The notes beneath the pieces are model-generated. The model searched no databases and was not told where the DNA came from. It saw only the letters and a list, made by a program, of their open reading frames with translations. A stretch of 24,751 bases of DNA, taken from positions 1 through 24,751 of IMG/VR virus record IMGVR_UViG_3300049731_000099; one strand, given 5' to 3'. Of the stretch, positions 1 to 7,901 are shown one piece after another (the stretch's first letter is position 1; every line of letters begins with the position of its first letter). Made by a program: the position numbers and the translations under genes. This DNA is from a virus (lineage: Duplodnaviria; Caudoviricetes).

Positions 1-32
1 GCCCCCCCCCCCCGCCCGGAGAGGAGCACCGA

Positions 33-221
33 GTGGAAGATCCGCTGTGGGTCAAGATCAGGAGCTGGCACGTCGTGAAGAGCCAGTTCACGTCCAGAGG
101 GGGAACAGACATGGCGACCACCCTCTGCGGGCGCACGACGTCCGGGCCGACAGCGGAGGAAGTCCCGAGCGGGGAGAGGACCTGCGAGTCCTGCCTCCGC
201 ATCCTCACGAAGGACGTGTGA
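33..221 (+). CDS. Small hypothetical Cys/His (putative Zn-binding) protein, 62 aa
   Basis: GTG start after GAGGAG; WH...TLCG...CESC pattern. Confidence 0.7.
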   Translation: MEDPLWVKIRSWHVVKSQFTSRGGTDMATTLCGRTTSGPTAEEVPSGERTCESCLRILTKDV

Positions 222-222
222 C

Positions 223-1125
223 GTGAGCCAGTGGAACCCGAACATCGTCTGGACCGAGCGCGAGGTCGGCGACTGGGAGGCCTGCGTCGCCACCTCGTAC
301 GCGATGGGGCTCCTGTACGGCGGGGTCACGATGCGCGCCCCGTACACCCAGGCCCAGCGCGAGCTGCTCGAGGTCACGGCGGACGCGCCGCAGGACCTGA
401 ACACCACCGACGCCCGCGCGCGGCAGCTCTTCTCGAGGACCCTGCTGCTCCCGAGCGTCACCACCAGCGAGACGGCGTTCCTGGCCCGGCCCGGGATGGG
501 GTTCTGCCTGACGGGCGTCGGCAGTCCCGTGGGAGCCCAGGCCGGGACCTTCACGCACGAGGTGTTCGGGGTCGCGATGTCGACCAGCGTGATCAGGGTC
601 TACGACCCGCTGCTCCCGCCGGGCGCCGCCCCGATCGACAGGTCGGTGGCGCACATGACGGCGTGGATGAACGGAATCGCGTCCCACCAGGTGCGCGAGA
701 TCAGAAAGGACTACTTCGTGGCTGACCGCACGGTGACCGCGACCCCGTTCATCGGGGCCGACGGCAAGCCCTACCAGAAGCAGATCTCGTTCAAGGCCGG
801 CGTCAAGGTGACGGGGTACAACCTCCTCGGGGAGCCCGAGGCGTTCACCGCCGGCACCGGAGGGTCCGCCGCCCCGGCCGACGCCGAGTGCGTCATCGTC
901 GCAGCCAACGCGCCGTTCGCGACCCTCCCGTCGGGGTGGCTGCGGATCACCGCGGGCGTCTTCCTCGACCACCCGTACATCCACGAGACCAGCGCCGGGA
1001 TCGTGGTCCCGGCCGACCCGGCCATCGGCGGCGGGTTCACCCAGGCCCAGCTCGACGCGGCCGTCGCCGCCAACGAGACGAAGTGGGAGAACTGGAACAC
1101 CGCGGCGCAAGCGAGCAAGCCGTGA
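223..1125 (+). CDS. Probable endolysin, C39-like (papain-fold) cysteine peptidase, 300 aa
   Basis: ACVATSYAM (Cys helix), THEVFGV (His strand) and RVYDP (Asp) match the C39-like layout; lies directly upstream of membrane-protein genes. Confidence 0.6.
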   Translation: MSQWNPNIVWTEREVGDWEACVATSYAMGLLYGGVTMRAPYTQAQRELLEVTADAPQDLNTTDARARQLFSRTLLLPSVTTSETAFLARPGMGFCLTGVGSPVGAQAGTFTHEVFGVAMSTSVIRVYDPLLPPGAAPIDRSVAHMTAWMNGIASHQVREIRKDYFVADRTVTATPFIGADGKPYQKQISFKAGVKVTGYNLLGEPEAFTAGTGGSAAPADAECVIVAANAPFATLPSGWLRITAGVFLDHPYIHETSAGIVVPADPAIGGGFTQAQLDAAVAANETKWENWNTAAQASKP

Positions 1126-1505
1126 ACCCGCCAGAGAGCAACTTCCGGGGGACCCTGCTCCGGCACCTGACGGCGCTCGTCATCATCTGGAGCCTGCTCA
1201 TCTTCCTCGGCCTGGCGCTGCTGGCGCCGTTCACAGAGTACCTATCAGACAGCGCGGAGGGGATCATCGTCGGCGGGTTCGTGTCGGTGATCACGATCGT
1301 CGTCAATAGCCTGTTTCAGTCCGAGGCCACCAAGCAGGCGGCACGGGCCGCGCAGGACGCGACCCACGCCGGGGCGCAGGCCGCGATGACCACCACCCCG
1401 ACACCGCAGGCGCCGCTGCCCGTCGAGATCACCGAGCCGGTCGCAGTGGCCCCCGTCGGGGAGGTCCCCGGGTCGGTCCCGCCCAACGAGGAGAACGACA
1501 CGTGA
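1122..1505 (+). CDS. Holin-like membrane protein, 127 aa
   Basis: GTGA overlap with the peptidase stop; two hydrophobic segments (LTALVIIWSLLIFLGLALLA, GIIVGGFVSVITIVVNSLF) and a Pro/acidic tail. Confidence 0.65.
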   Translation: MNPPESNFRGTLLRHLTALVIIWSLLIFLGLALLAPFTEYLSDSAEGIIVGGFVSVITIVVNSLFQSEATKQAARAAQDATHAGAQAAMTTTPTPQAPLPVEITEPVAVAPVGEVPGSVPPNEENDT

Positions 1506-1645
1506 GCGTCATCGACATCGTCCTGCTGGTGGTCGCCCTGATCTGCCTGGCGATCGCCGCCTTCAACGTCCCCGTCCCGCGCGCCACCGTCCAGTGGGGC
1601 TGGCTCGGGATGGGCCTCTTCGTCCTGACCTTCCTCACACCCTAG
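1502..1645 (+). CDS. Small 2-TM membrane protein, 47 aa (holin/lysis accessory?)
   Basis: Not in ORF track; hand translation MSVIDIVLLVVALICLAIAAFNVPVPRATVQWGWLGMGLFVLTFLTP; GTGA overlap; stops just before the terminator. Confidence 0.7.
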   Translation: MSVIDIVLLVVALICLAIAAFNVPVPRATVQWGWLGMGLFVLTFLTP

Positions 1646-1665
1646 GAGGGTCCGCCCCGACCCTC

Positions 1666-1704
1666 GAAGACGGGCCTCGCCGGACCAGCGGGGCCCGTCT
1701 TCTT
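1666..1704 (+). terminator. Intrinsic terminator ending the lysis unit
   Basis: GAAGACGGGCCTCGC / GCGGGGCCCGTCTTC 15-bp stem (one G-U) followed by TT; a second hairpin GAGGGTC/GACCCTC at 1646-1665 precedes it. Confidence 0.8.
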
Positions 1705-1725
1705 ACGCGCGCGACGATATCTGTA

Positions 1726-1755
1726 TGGCCACCATCTGGCCGTAGCGGATAGAAT
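1726..1755 (+). promoter_or_regulatory. Putative sigma70-type promoter for the AAA/nucleotide-metabolism operon
   Basis: TGGCCA-18 nt-TAGAAT between terminator and the AGGAGG RBS of 1794; preceded by GTA as in the 19894 promoter. Confidence 0.5.
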
Positions 1756-1793
1756 AGACAGGTCAACCCAGACGCCAACAGGAGGACCACGTA

Positions 1794-3080
1794 GTGACAC
1801 CGCAGCAGCGGGAATGCGCTGGCTTCGGCACGCAGCCCGCCCACCAGCTCCCGTGGGACGAGGAGCACTTCGCGAACTGGGCGCTCGACCCCAATCGCAA
1901 GACCATCCGCTGTCGAGACTGCGACCGGGAGTACCGACGATCCCGCCGCGCAGGACAGACCCCTCGCCGGACGGTCGATCTCTCGACGCTCCAGTTCAGC
2001 GACGAGGATCTCGTCCCGGAGGAGGAGGCCCGTCGGGCCCACGAGTACGTTCCAGACCCGAACCTGATGGCGCTGTGGCAGAGCGTCGTCCGCGGGACGC
2101 TGAAGTACGGCGACCCGCCCGCGAACCTCGTCTTCTTCGGCCCCAGCGGGTCCGGAAAGACCGACGGCGCGCGGTACCTCGCCGCCGCGGTGGGGCTCCC
2201 CCTCACGAAGGTGGACGCGGCCAGCATGACCGACCCGGACTCGTGGTTCGGGACGCGCGAGATCGTCGTCGAGGACGGCCACCCGGTCACGAAGTACGTG
2301 CCGTCGGCCTTCGTCGAGTCGATCCAGCAGCCGGGCGTGACGTTCATCGACGAGGTCAGTCGAGTCGACGACCAGCACCGCAACGTGCTGCTGCCGCTGA
2401 CCGACGGGACCGGGAAGGTCACCAACCCGCTGACCGGCGAGATCGTCGAGCGGCACGAGCACGCGTTCGTGATCATGGCGGGCAACCGCGGTCTCCAGTT
2501 CACGGGGACCAGCGCGGTCGACCCGGCCTTCACGTCGCGGGCCTACGTCGTGGAGTTCGACTACCTCGACCGGATCACCGAGCAGCGCGTGATCCAGGAC
2601 GCGACGGGTGTCGACGACAACTCGGCGTACGTCTTCGCGCGCTTCGCGGAGGACTCGCGGGTCAAGGCGCAGAACGACCCGGACTTCAACCCGATCAGCA
2701 CCCGCGAGGTGATCATGGCGTGCCGCCAGGTCCGTCACGGGCTGGACCGGGACCTCGCCGCGAAGTTCGCGATCATCAACGCCGCGTCGGGCGAGGGCGG
2801 GTCGGCGAGCGTCCGCCACGAGCTCGAGAACATCTGGAACGGCGTCCGCATCACCAAGGAGGAGCTCGACGCCGACGGCAACCCGGTGCCGACGCCACCC
2901 GTCTGGACCTGTCCCATCCATAACGTGTCTGGCCCGTCTCCGACCGGGGGCGACTATCTGGTCTGCACCGAGATGTACTGCGATAACACGTCCGCGAGCA
3001 AGTCGTGCGACGACTGCGGCCACCTCAACGAGCCGGGCGTCAACAGCTTCTGCGCGGCGTGCGGGAGCCCCCTGACATGA
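1794..3080 (+). CDS. MoxR/CbbQ-type AAA+ ATPase with N- and C-terminal Cys-rich (Zn-ribbon) extensions, 428 aa
   Basis: Walker A GPSGSGKT, Walker B FIDE, MAGN sensor, DPAFTSR Arg finger, STR sensor II; CRDC at N-term; CPIH, CTEMYC, CDDC, CAAC at C-term. Confidence 0.85.
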   Translation: MTPQQRECAGFGTQPAHQLPWDEEHFANWALDPNRKTIRCRDCDREYRRSRRAGQTPRRTVDLSTLQFSDEDLVPEEEARRAHEYVPDPNLMALWQSVVRGTLKYGDPPANLVFFGPSGSGKTDGARYLAAAVGLPLTKVDAASMTDPDSWFGTREIVVEDGHPVTKYVPSAFVESIQQPGVTFIDEVSRVDDQHRNVLLPLTDGTGKVTNPLTGEIVERHEHAFVIMAGNRGLQFTGTSAVDPAFTSRAYVVEFDYLDRITEQRVIQDATGVDDNSAYVFARFAEDSRVKAQNDPDFNPISTREVIMACRQVRHGLDRDLAAKFAIINAASGEGGSASVRHELENIWNGVRITKEELDADGNPVPTPPVWTCPIHNVSGPSPTGGDYLVCTEMYCDNTSASKSCDDCGHLNEPGVNSFCAACGSPLT

Positions 3081-5173
3081 CGAAGACGTACGACTACTGG
3101 GCCGAGCGCGAGGCCGAGGAAGACGAGGAGTTCGAGGACGAGGAGTACGGCTGGGACGACTCGACGTACCAGAAGGTCCACGACGAGCTCGACGACTACG
3201 ACACCGCGCCGTACTGGAAGCCTCGGGTCCGCGCGGACACTGGCTACCTCGACGGGATGTGGTCTCGCTACGGGCGAGACTACGACAAGCCGTCGGACGC
3301 GGTGATCGCGCACGGCATGGTCCAGAGCTTCGTCAACGCGTTCGCGCGCGACGGGTTCTACCAGGTCATGTTCAGTGACTCGACGGTGACCGCGGAGACC
3401 GACATGGTCCGCCGCAAGGTGCGGATCACGCCGGCGCCGCTCCTCGACAAGCGCCTGACCGTCGAGCGCAAGGGGCGGATCCTCACCGCGCTGTCCGTCC
3501 ACGAGATCTCGCACCCGCGGTACGGGCGTCAGACGTGGAAGGCGGTGAACGCGGCCTTCCCGAGCAGCACGGTCGCGCAGCTCGTCAGCGGCGCGCTCGA
3601 CGACAACCGGATCGAGACCTCCTTCGTGGACGAGTACCCGGGCTACGCCGGGGTGTTCAAGCCCGCGGAGGAGTACGTGGCCGAGGGGATGAGGGAGCGG
3701 AACCCCGCCCCGAAGTTCCAGGAGATGCTCGACAACCCCGTCGGCTCGATGATCGCGGCCGTTCGCTACCGCGACCACTACGACTGGACGGGCCACGAGG
3801 CCGAGCTCGAGTTCTGGACCGACTGGAACGAGCGGTGGCACGTCGAGTCCTCGCCGCGACGGCACGTGGAGGCGGTCCGCGAGGGCCTCGTCCACATCGT
3901 CGCCGTGGCGCGGGCGCGACGCAAGCTCCCGCCGGGTCCCGGTTCTGGACCCGGACCGACGCCGGGTCCGGGTCGCGGGAAGATCGGGACGGCGAAGGGC
4001 AAGACAGGCGGGTCCAAGACGGGCTCAAGCGCGGGCTCGGGCGACCCGACCGAGGCGACCGACGAGGACGCCACCCGACAGACCGACGCGCCAGGCGCGG
4101 GCTCTCGGGACGACGCGCTGAAGGCGCTCGAGAAGGCTATCCAGCGCGCGGTCCGCTCGGCGGAGAAGATGGAAGACAGCGGTCTGTCGAGCGAGGCCGA
4201 CCAGGCCGCGAGCGACATGCCGTACGAGATCCACGTCTGCATCGACAGCGACGCGGTCGAGGCCGCTGCGACCGGCGCGAGCGTCTCCAGCCACGACATC
4301 CACCTCGCGCGGGTGGAGATCCAGAACCAGATCGACTCCGCCATCGAGTTCGAGGACGGCGACCTGGGTCGGGTCCACGTGATGCGCAGCATCAGGACGC
4401 TCGGGAACAAGCGCGGGTACAACCGCATGGCCGACCGGGTGAAGACCAACGAGACCGCGTCCCGCTTCATCCGCGACGCGCTGCTGCGCTCGCGGACTGG
4501 GCGCGAGTCCGTCGGGCGCTACCAGCGTCACGGTCGCCTCGACCAGCGGGCGCTCCACAGGGTGCTCGGCGACGACCCGCAGCGTGTCTTCGAGAAGAAG
4601 CACCGCGAGTCGCCGGGTCGCTACCTGGTCTGGCTGATGCTCGACCACTCCGCCTCGATGGCGGGCGGCCCGGACAGGAGCACCGCCGAGGTCGCGACCG
4701 CGTTCGTGAACGCGCTGCAGCACGTCCCGACCATGCGAGCCGAGGTCTGGGCGTGGTCCGACGCGTTCAAGGCGGGCATCTGGGGGCCGGGCGTGGTTCG
4801 CGCGTGGAAGACCGGTCAGCCCGTCAGCGACATCGCTAAGATCGTCGACCTGAAGTACGGCGGCACTCCCGACAGCCAGATCCTGGCGTGGGCGTACCGC
4901 TCCATCCTGAAGTCGGTCCGCACCGGGGAGACGCCCGTGATCCTGTTCGCGAGCGACGGGCAGGGCCACGTCAGCGGGATGCGGCAGAACGTCGAGAAGG
5001 CGAGGGCGCTGGGAGTGCTGGTCCGCAGCGTGGCGATCGGCGCGATCAACGAGGAGGACCAGGCCACGATCTACGGCCGCCACGGGTACGTCCCGTGGGC
5101 GGGAACGATGACCAAGACCGCGCGGGCCATGGCCGGCATGGTGGCGCGGATCGTGTCGGGAGCGGAGCGATGA
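3077..5173 (+). CDS. vWA-domain partner of the AAA+ ATPase with N-terminal HExxH (metallopeptidase-like) domain, 698 aa
   Basis: ATGA overlap; HEISH and LDDNRIE in N-domain; Gly/Pro/Ser linker; GRLD motif; MIDAS LDHSASM, GGTPD and SDG. Confidence 0.85.
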   Translation: MTKTYDYWAEREAEEDEEFEDEEYGWDDSTYQKVHDELDDYDTAPYWKPRVRADTGYLDGMWSRYGRDYDKPSDAVIAHGMVQSFVNAFARDGFYQVMFSDSTVTAETDMVRRKVRITPAPLLDKRLTVERKGRILTALSVHEISHPRYGRQTWKAVNAAFPSSTVAQLVSGALDDNRIETSFVDEYPGYAGVFKPAEEYVAEGMRERNPAPKFQEMLDNPVGSMIAAVRYRDHYDWTGHEAELEFWTDWNERWHVESSPRRHVEAVREGLVHIVAVARARRKLPPGPGSGPGPTPGPGRGKIGTAKGKTGGSKTGSSAGSGDPTEATDEDATRQTDAPGAGSRDDALKALEKAIQRAVRSAEKMEDSGLSSEADQAASDMPYEIHVCIDSDAVEAAATGASVSSHDIHLARVEIQNQIDSAIEFEDGDLGRVHVMRSIRTLGNKRGYNRMADRVKTNETASRFIRDALLRSRTGRESVGRYQRHGRLDQRALHRVLGDDPQRVFEKKHRESPGRYLVWLMLDHSASMAGGPDRSTAEVATAFVNALQHVPTMRAEVWAWSDAFKAGIWGPGVVRAWKTGQPVSDIAKIVDLKYGGTPDSQILAWAYRSILKSVRTGETPVILFASDGQGHVSGMRQNVEKARALGVLVRSVAIGAINEEDQATIYGRHGYVPWAGTMTKTARAMAGMVARIVSGAER

Positions 5174-5340
5174 CAGACTTCGAGGACATGGTGATCCCGC
5201 GCTGCTGCGACAACCAGCAGATCAGGACGCACGACGCGACGGGCCGACCGTTCTGCGCGAGCTGCAGGCGCTGGCTCGACCGCGTTCAGGAGAACGTCGA
5301 GGAGGACGAGGATGGGAAGCCCGAGAAGCGACCACGTTGA
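5170..5340 (+). CDS. Small hypothetical Cys-rich protein, 56 aa
   Basis: ATGA overlap; CC...CASC; acidic tail. Confidence 0.6.
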   Translation: MTDFEDMVIPRCCDNQQIRTHDATGRPFCASCRRWLDRVQENVEEDEDGKPEKRPR

Positions 5341-5776
5341 CCACATCGACCACACCGCGCACTACCATTCGGCCGAGGGGTACTGCGTCCTGACGAAGCG
5401 GGAACTGGAAGACCAGCCGCCTCGACAGTGGCGCTGGCTCGAGTCGACGAAGGCTCTCCAGCGCGACACGTTCGGCATCCCGTTCGACCCGCACAACGAC
5501 AGGCGCGTAGCGATGACAGTCAAGGAGAACGTGCTTCCAGCGATCGTCGAGCTGACCGAGCTCCTCAGCGAGGTGTCGTGGAAGTACTGGGCGCACGACG
5601 CGCCGTTCGTGAACCGCCTCGAGGTGATTCGCGAGGCGGTCGACGTCATGCACTTCGTCGGTAACATCCTGGTCGCCATGGACGTGACGGACGACGAGTG
5701 GGAGCGCGAGTACATGGCGAAGCAGGCGGAGAACCGCCGACGACAGAGAGAAGGTTACGAGGTGAGAGAGAAGTGA
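5312..5776 (+). CDS. Dimeric all-alpha dUTPase/dCTPase-type NTP pyrophosphatase, 154 aa
   Basis: ELTELLSE, WKYW, EAVDVMHF and C-terminal KQAENRRRQREGY are the dimeric dUTPase-family motifs; GGAGG RBS. Confidence 0.8.
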   Translation: MGSPRSDHVDHIDHTAHYHSAEGYCVLTKRELEDQPPRQWRWLESTKALQRDTFGIPFDPHNDRRVAMTVKENVLPAIVELTELLSEVSWKYWAHDAPFVNRLEVIREAVDVMHFVGNILVAMDVTDDEWEREYMAKQAENRRRQREGYEVREK

Positions 5777-6186
5777 AGAGGCCGTCGCCGATCGAGTACG
5801 GCCTGGCCCTGGCGCACGTCGTCTCCTCGAGGAGCGAGGACCCGTACCACAAAGTGGGCGCTGTCCTCCTCCGTGAGGACAATACCGTCGCCTCCGTCGG
5901 GTACAACGGTCCCCCGTCCGGGGTCGAGATCGACTGGTCAGACCGCGACGCGCGGAGGAACTACGTGATCCACGCCGAGGCCAACGCGCTGAGGTACGTG
6001 CGACCCGGCGAGGCGACCATGATCTGCTCCACGATGATGCCGTGCGGGAACTGCGTGCTGCTGCTCGCGGCGTACGGGATCAAGCGCGTCGCGTACCGCG
6101 AGGGTCTCGACCAGACGGTCTACGACGTGGACGGAGTCGCCGTGCTCTCGTCCGAGGTGGGTGTCGAGATGGAGTGGTACCCGTGA
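5773..6186 (+). CDS. dCMP deaminase, 137 aa
   Basis: RSEDP..KVGAV, GYNG, HAEANAL, PCGNC zinc-deaminase motifs; GTGA overlap. Confidence 0.9.
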   Translation: MKRPSPIEYGLALAHVVSSRSEDPYHKVGAVLLREDNTVASVGYNGPPSGVEIDWSDRDARRNYVIHAEANALRYVRPGEATMICSTMMPCGNCVLLLAAYGIKRVAYREGLDQTVYDVDGVAVLSSEVGVEMEWYP

Positions 6187-6527
6187 GCGACAGCGACCAG
6201 CGCGTCGTCTTCGAGACTGGCGGCATGAAGAACAACCGCGACAAGGCCCGCGTCGACCTGCTCCCCGGGAGGCCGCTGCTCGAGATCAGCAAGGTGCTGG
6301 GTCGCGGTGCGGAGAAGTACGCGGCCAACAACTGGCGGCTGGGGCTGAAGTACAGCGACACGATGGGGTCGCTGATGCGACACCTCATCGCGTTCAACGA
6401 GGGCGAAGACGACGACCCCGAGACGGGACTGTCGCACCTGGCCCACGCGGGGTGTCAGCTCCTCTTCCTGCTGGAGTACGAGCTGAGGGGTACGGGCATC
6501 GACGACCGGTGGAAGGAGAAGTCGTAG
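6183..6527 (+). CDS. DUF5664-like (dATP/dGTP diphosphohydrolase N-terminal-type) protein, 114 aa
   Basis: K.R.DLLP, GAEKY..NNW..G, SLMRH, DPETGLSHLAHA motif set recognised by eye. Confidence 0.8.
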   Translation: MSDSDQRVVFETGGMKNNRDKARVDLLPGRPLLEISKVLGRGAEKYAANNWRLGLKYSDTMGSLMRHLIAFNEGEDDDPETGLSHLAHAGCQLLFLLEYELRGTGIDDRWKEKS

Positions 6528-7372
6528 TGACGCACAGGGACTACATGACCCACGCCGAGGCGTGGCTGGACGAGCTCAGCAGGGTGCTGATGTACGGGAA
6601 CGCGACCGCGCCGCGCGGGCTCGAGGCCAGCGAGCTCGTCTTCGAGCAGTTTAGGGTCGCGGACCCGATGACCTTCCCGATCGTGGTCGGCGGGCGCGAC
6701 CTGAAGAACGTGATCGGGCTGGTCGAGGGCCTGTCCATGATTGGGCAGCTCTCGATCCCGGAGGAGCTTACGCGCCGCGTGAAGAAGTTCGCGGATTACA
6801 CCGACGACGGCATCCTCTGGGGGAGCTACGGGACCAGGCTCCACGGGCAGCTCGGGGACCTCGTGAGTCGACTGCGCGCGGACTCCCAGAGCAGGCAGGC
6901 GGTCCTCACGATCTTCGACCAGCGGGACCTGGCGACATACAAGCACGACATCCCGTGCACGGTGTCGATCCAGTTCCTGGTCCGCAACCTTGACGGGCCG
7001 GGGATCAGCCCGAAGCTCCACATGAAGGTGACGATGCGGTCGAACGACCTGTGGCTCGGGATGCCGTACGACCTCACGCAGTTCTCGATCCTGATGGCGA
7101 CGCTGGCGCAGGTGCTCGGGGTCTACCCGGGCGCGTACACCCACGCCGCGGGGTCGATGCATCTCTACGCGGAGAACAGGACCATGCCGCGGATGTGGTT
7201 CGACGAGCCGCCGAGGTCGATGTCGTTCCCGCTCTGGGGGAGTGGGTACGGCGACCTCGCGGAGGTGACTCGTCGCGCGCGTCACATGCTCCTCGCCCCG
7301 TCCGGGTACGAGGAGTCCTACGGTCCGGACCTCACGGAGTTCGAGACATGGGCAGTGAAGCTCCTCTCCTGA
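6527..7372 (+). CDS. Thymidylate-synthase-superfamily enzyme, probable dCMP (hydroxy)methyltransferase type, 281 aa
   Basis: YGTR, SRQA, catalytic DIPCT, MRSNDLWLGMPYD, GSMHLY; Asp where ThyA has the dUMP-specifying Asn; AAGGAG RBS. Confidence 0.85.
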   Translation: MTHRDYMTHAEAWLDELSRVLMYGNATAPRGLEASELVFEQFRVADPMTFPIVVGGRDLKNVIGLVEGLSMIGQLSIPEELTRRVKKFADYTDDGILWGSYGTRLHGQLGDLVSRLRADSQSRQAVLTIFDQRDLATYKHDIPCTVSIQFLVRNLDGPGISPKLHMKVTMRSNDLWLGMPYDLTQFSILMATLAQVLGVYPGAYTHAAGSMHLYAENRTMPRMWFDEPPRSMSFPLWGSGYGDLAEVTRRARHMLLAPSGYEESYGPDLTEFETWAVKLLS

Positions 7373-7791
7373 TCGGCGAGGCGCCTGGTACCTTCGTCGA
7401 GGGCGGCGACCCGCTCACCGGCGCTGTCGGCCATCGCATCGCCAGCCTCCTCGGGATCACCGAGGACGTGTACATGGCCTCGTTCAGGCGCGCCAACCTG
7501 TTCGACTACGAGATCGTGGGGAAGTGGCCGTGGGCCGACGCCCGTCACAGCGCGGCCGACATCCGCGACGGACTGAAACCCGGCGAGCGCGTGGTCCTGC
7601 TGGGCGTGCGCGTCGCGGACGCGTTCGAGATGCTCGACGTTCCGCTGTACGTCTGGCAGACGCTCGCCGGGACGGAGCGGACCTACGCGATCAGGGTGCC
7701 GCATCCGTCGGGCCGGAACAGGCTCCTCAACGACCAGGAGCACCGCGCTCGCTTCGCCACGGCGCTGCTCAGCGCGGTGGACCTGTCCTGA
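7348..7791 (+). CDS. Stand-alone uracil-DNA-glycosylase-superfamily protein, 147 aa
   Basis: LIGEAPG (motif A), NLF, VVLLG, PHPSGRNR (motif B). Confidence 0.75.
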   Translation: MGSEAPLLIGEAPGTFVEGGDPLTGAVGHRIASLLGITEDVYMASFRRANLFDYEIVGKWPWADARHSAADIRDGLKPGERVVLLGVRVADAFEMLDVPLYVWQTLAGTERTYAIRVPHPSGRNRLLNDQEHRARFATALLSAVDLS

Positions 7792-7901
7792 TGGCGATGA
7801 AGCCTCCTGACCCGCTCCTCCGCGGGCTCACGATCGGATGCTGGCTCGCGCTGCTGATGTGGCTCGCTATCGCGATCGCGGTGTGGCTGGTGCTTAGGTG
7901 A
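7791..7901 (+). CDS. Small single-TM protein, 36 aa
   Basis: MAMKPPDPLLRGLTIGCWLALLMWLAIAIAVWLVLR fills the gap, overlapping both neighbours. Confidence 0.6.
   Translation: MAMKPPDPLLRGLTIGCWLALLMWLAIAIAVWLVLR

Noticed and set aside
1-13. Run of 12 C at the window start
   Set aside because: At the edge with no upstream context; could be half a hairpin or a sequencing artefact.
6183-6527. Z-genome (2-aminoadenine) pathway suggested by the DUF5664-like gene
   Set aside because: No PurZ or HD-family dATPase in the window, and this domain also occurs in phages without Z.
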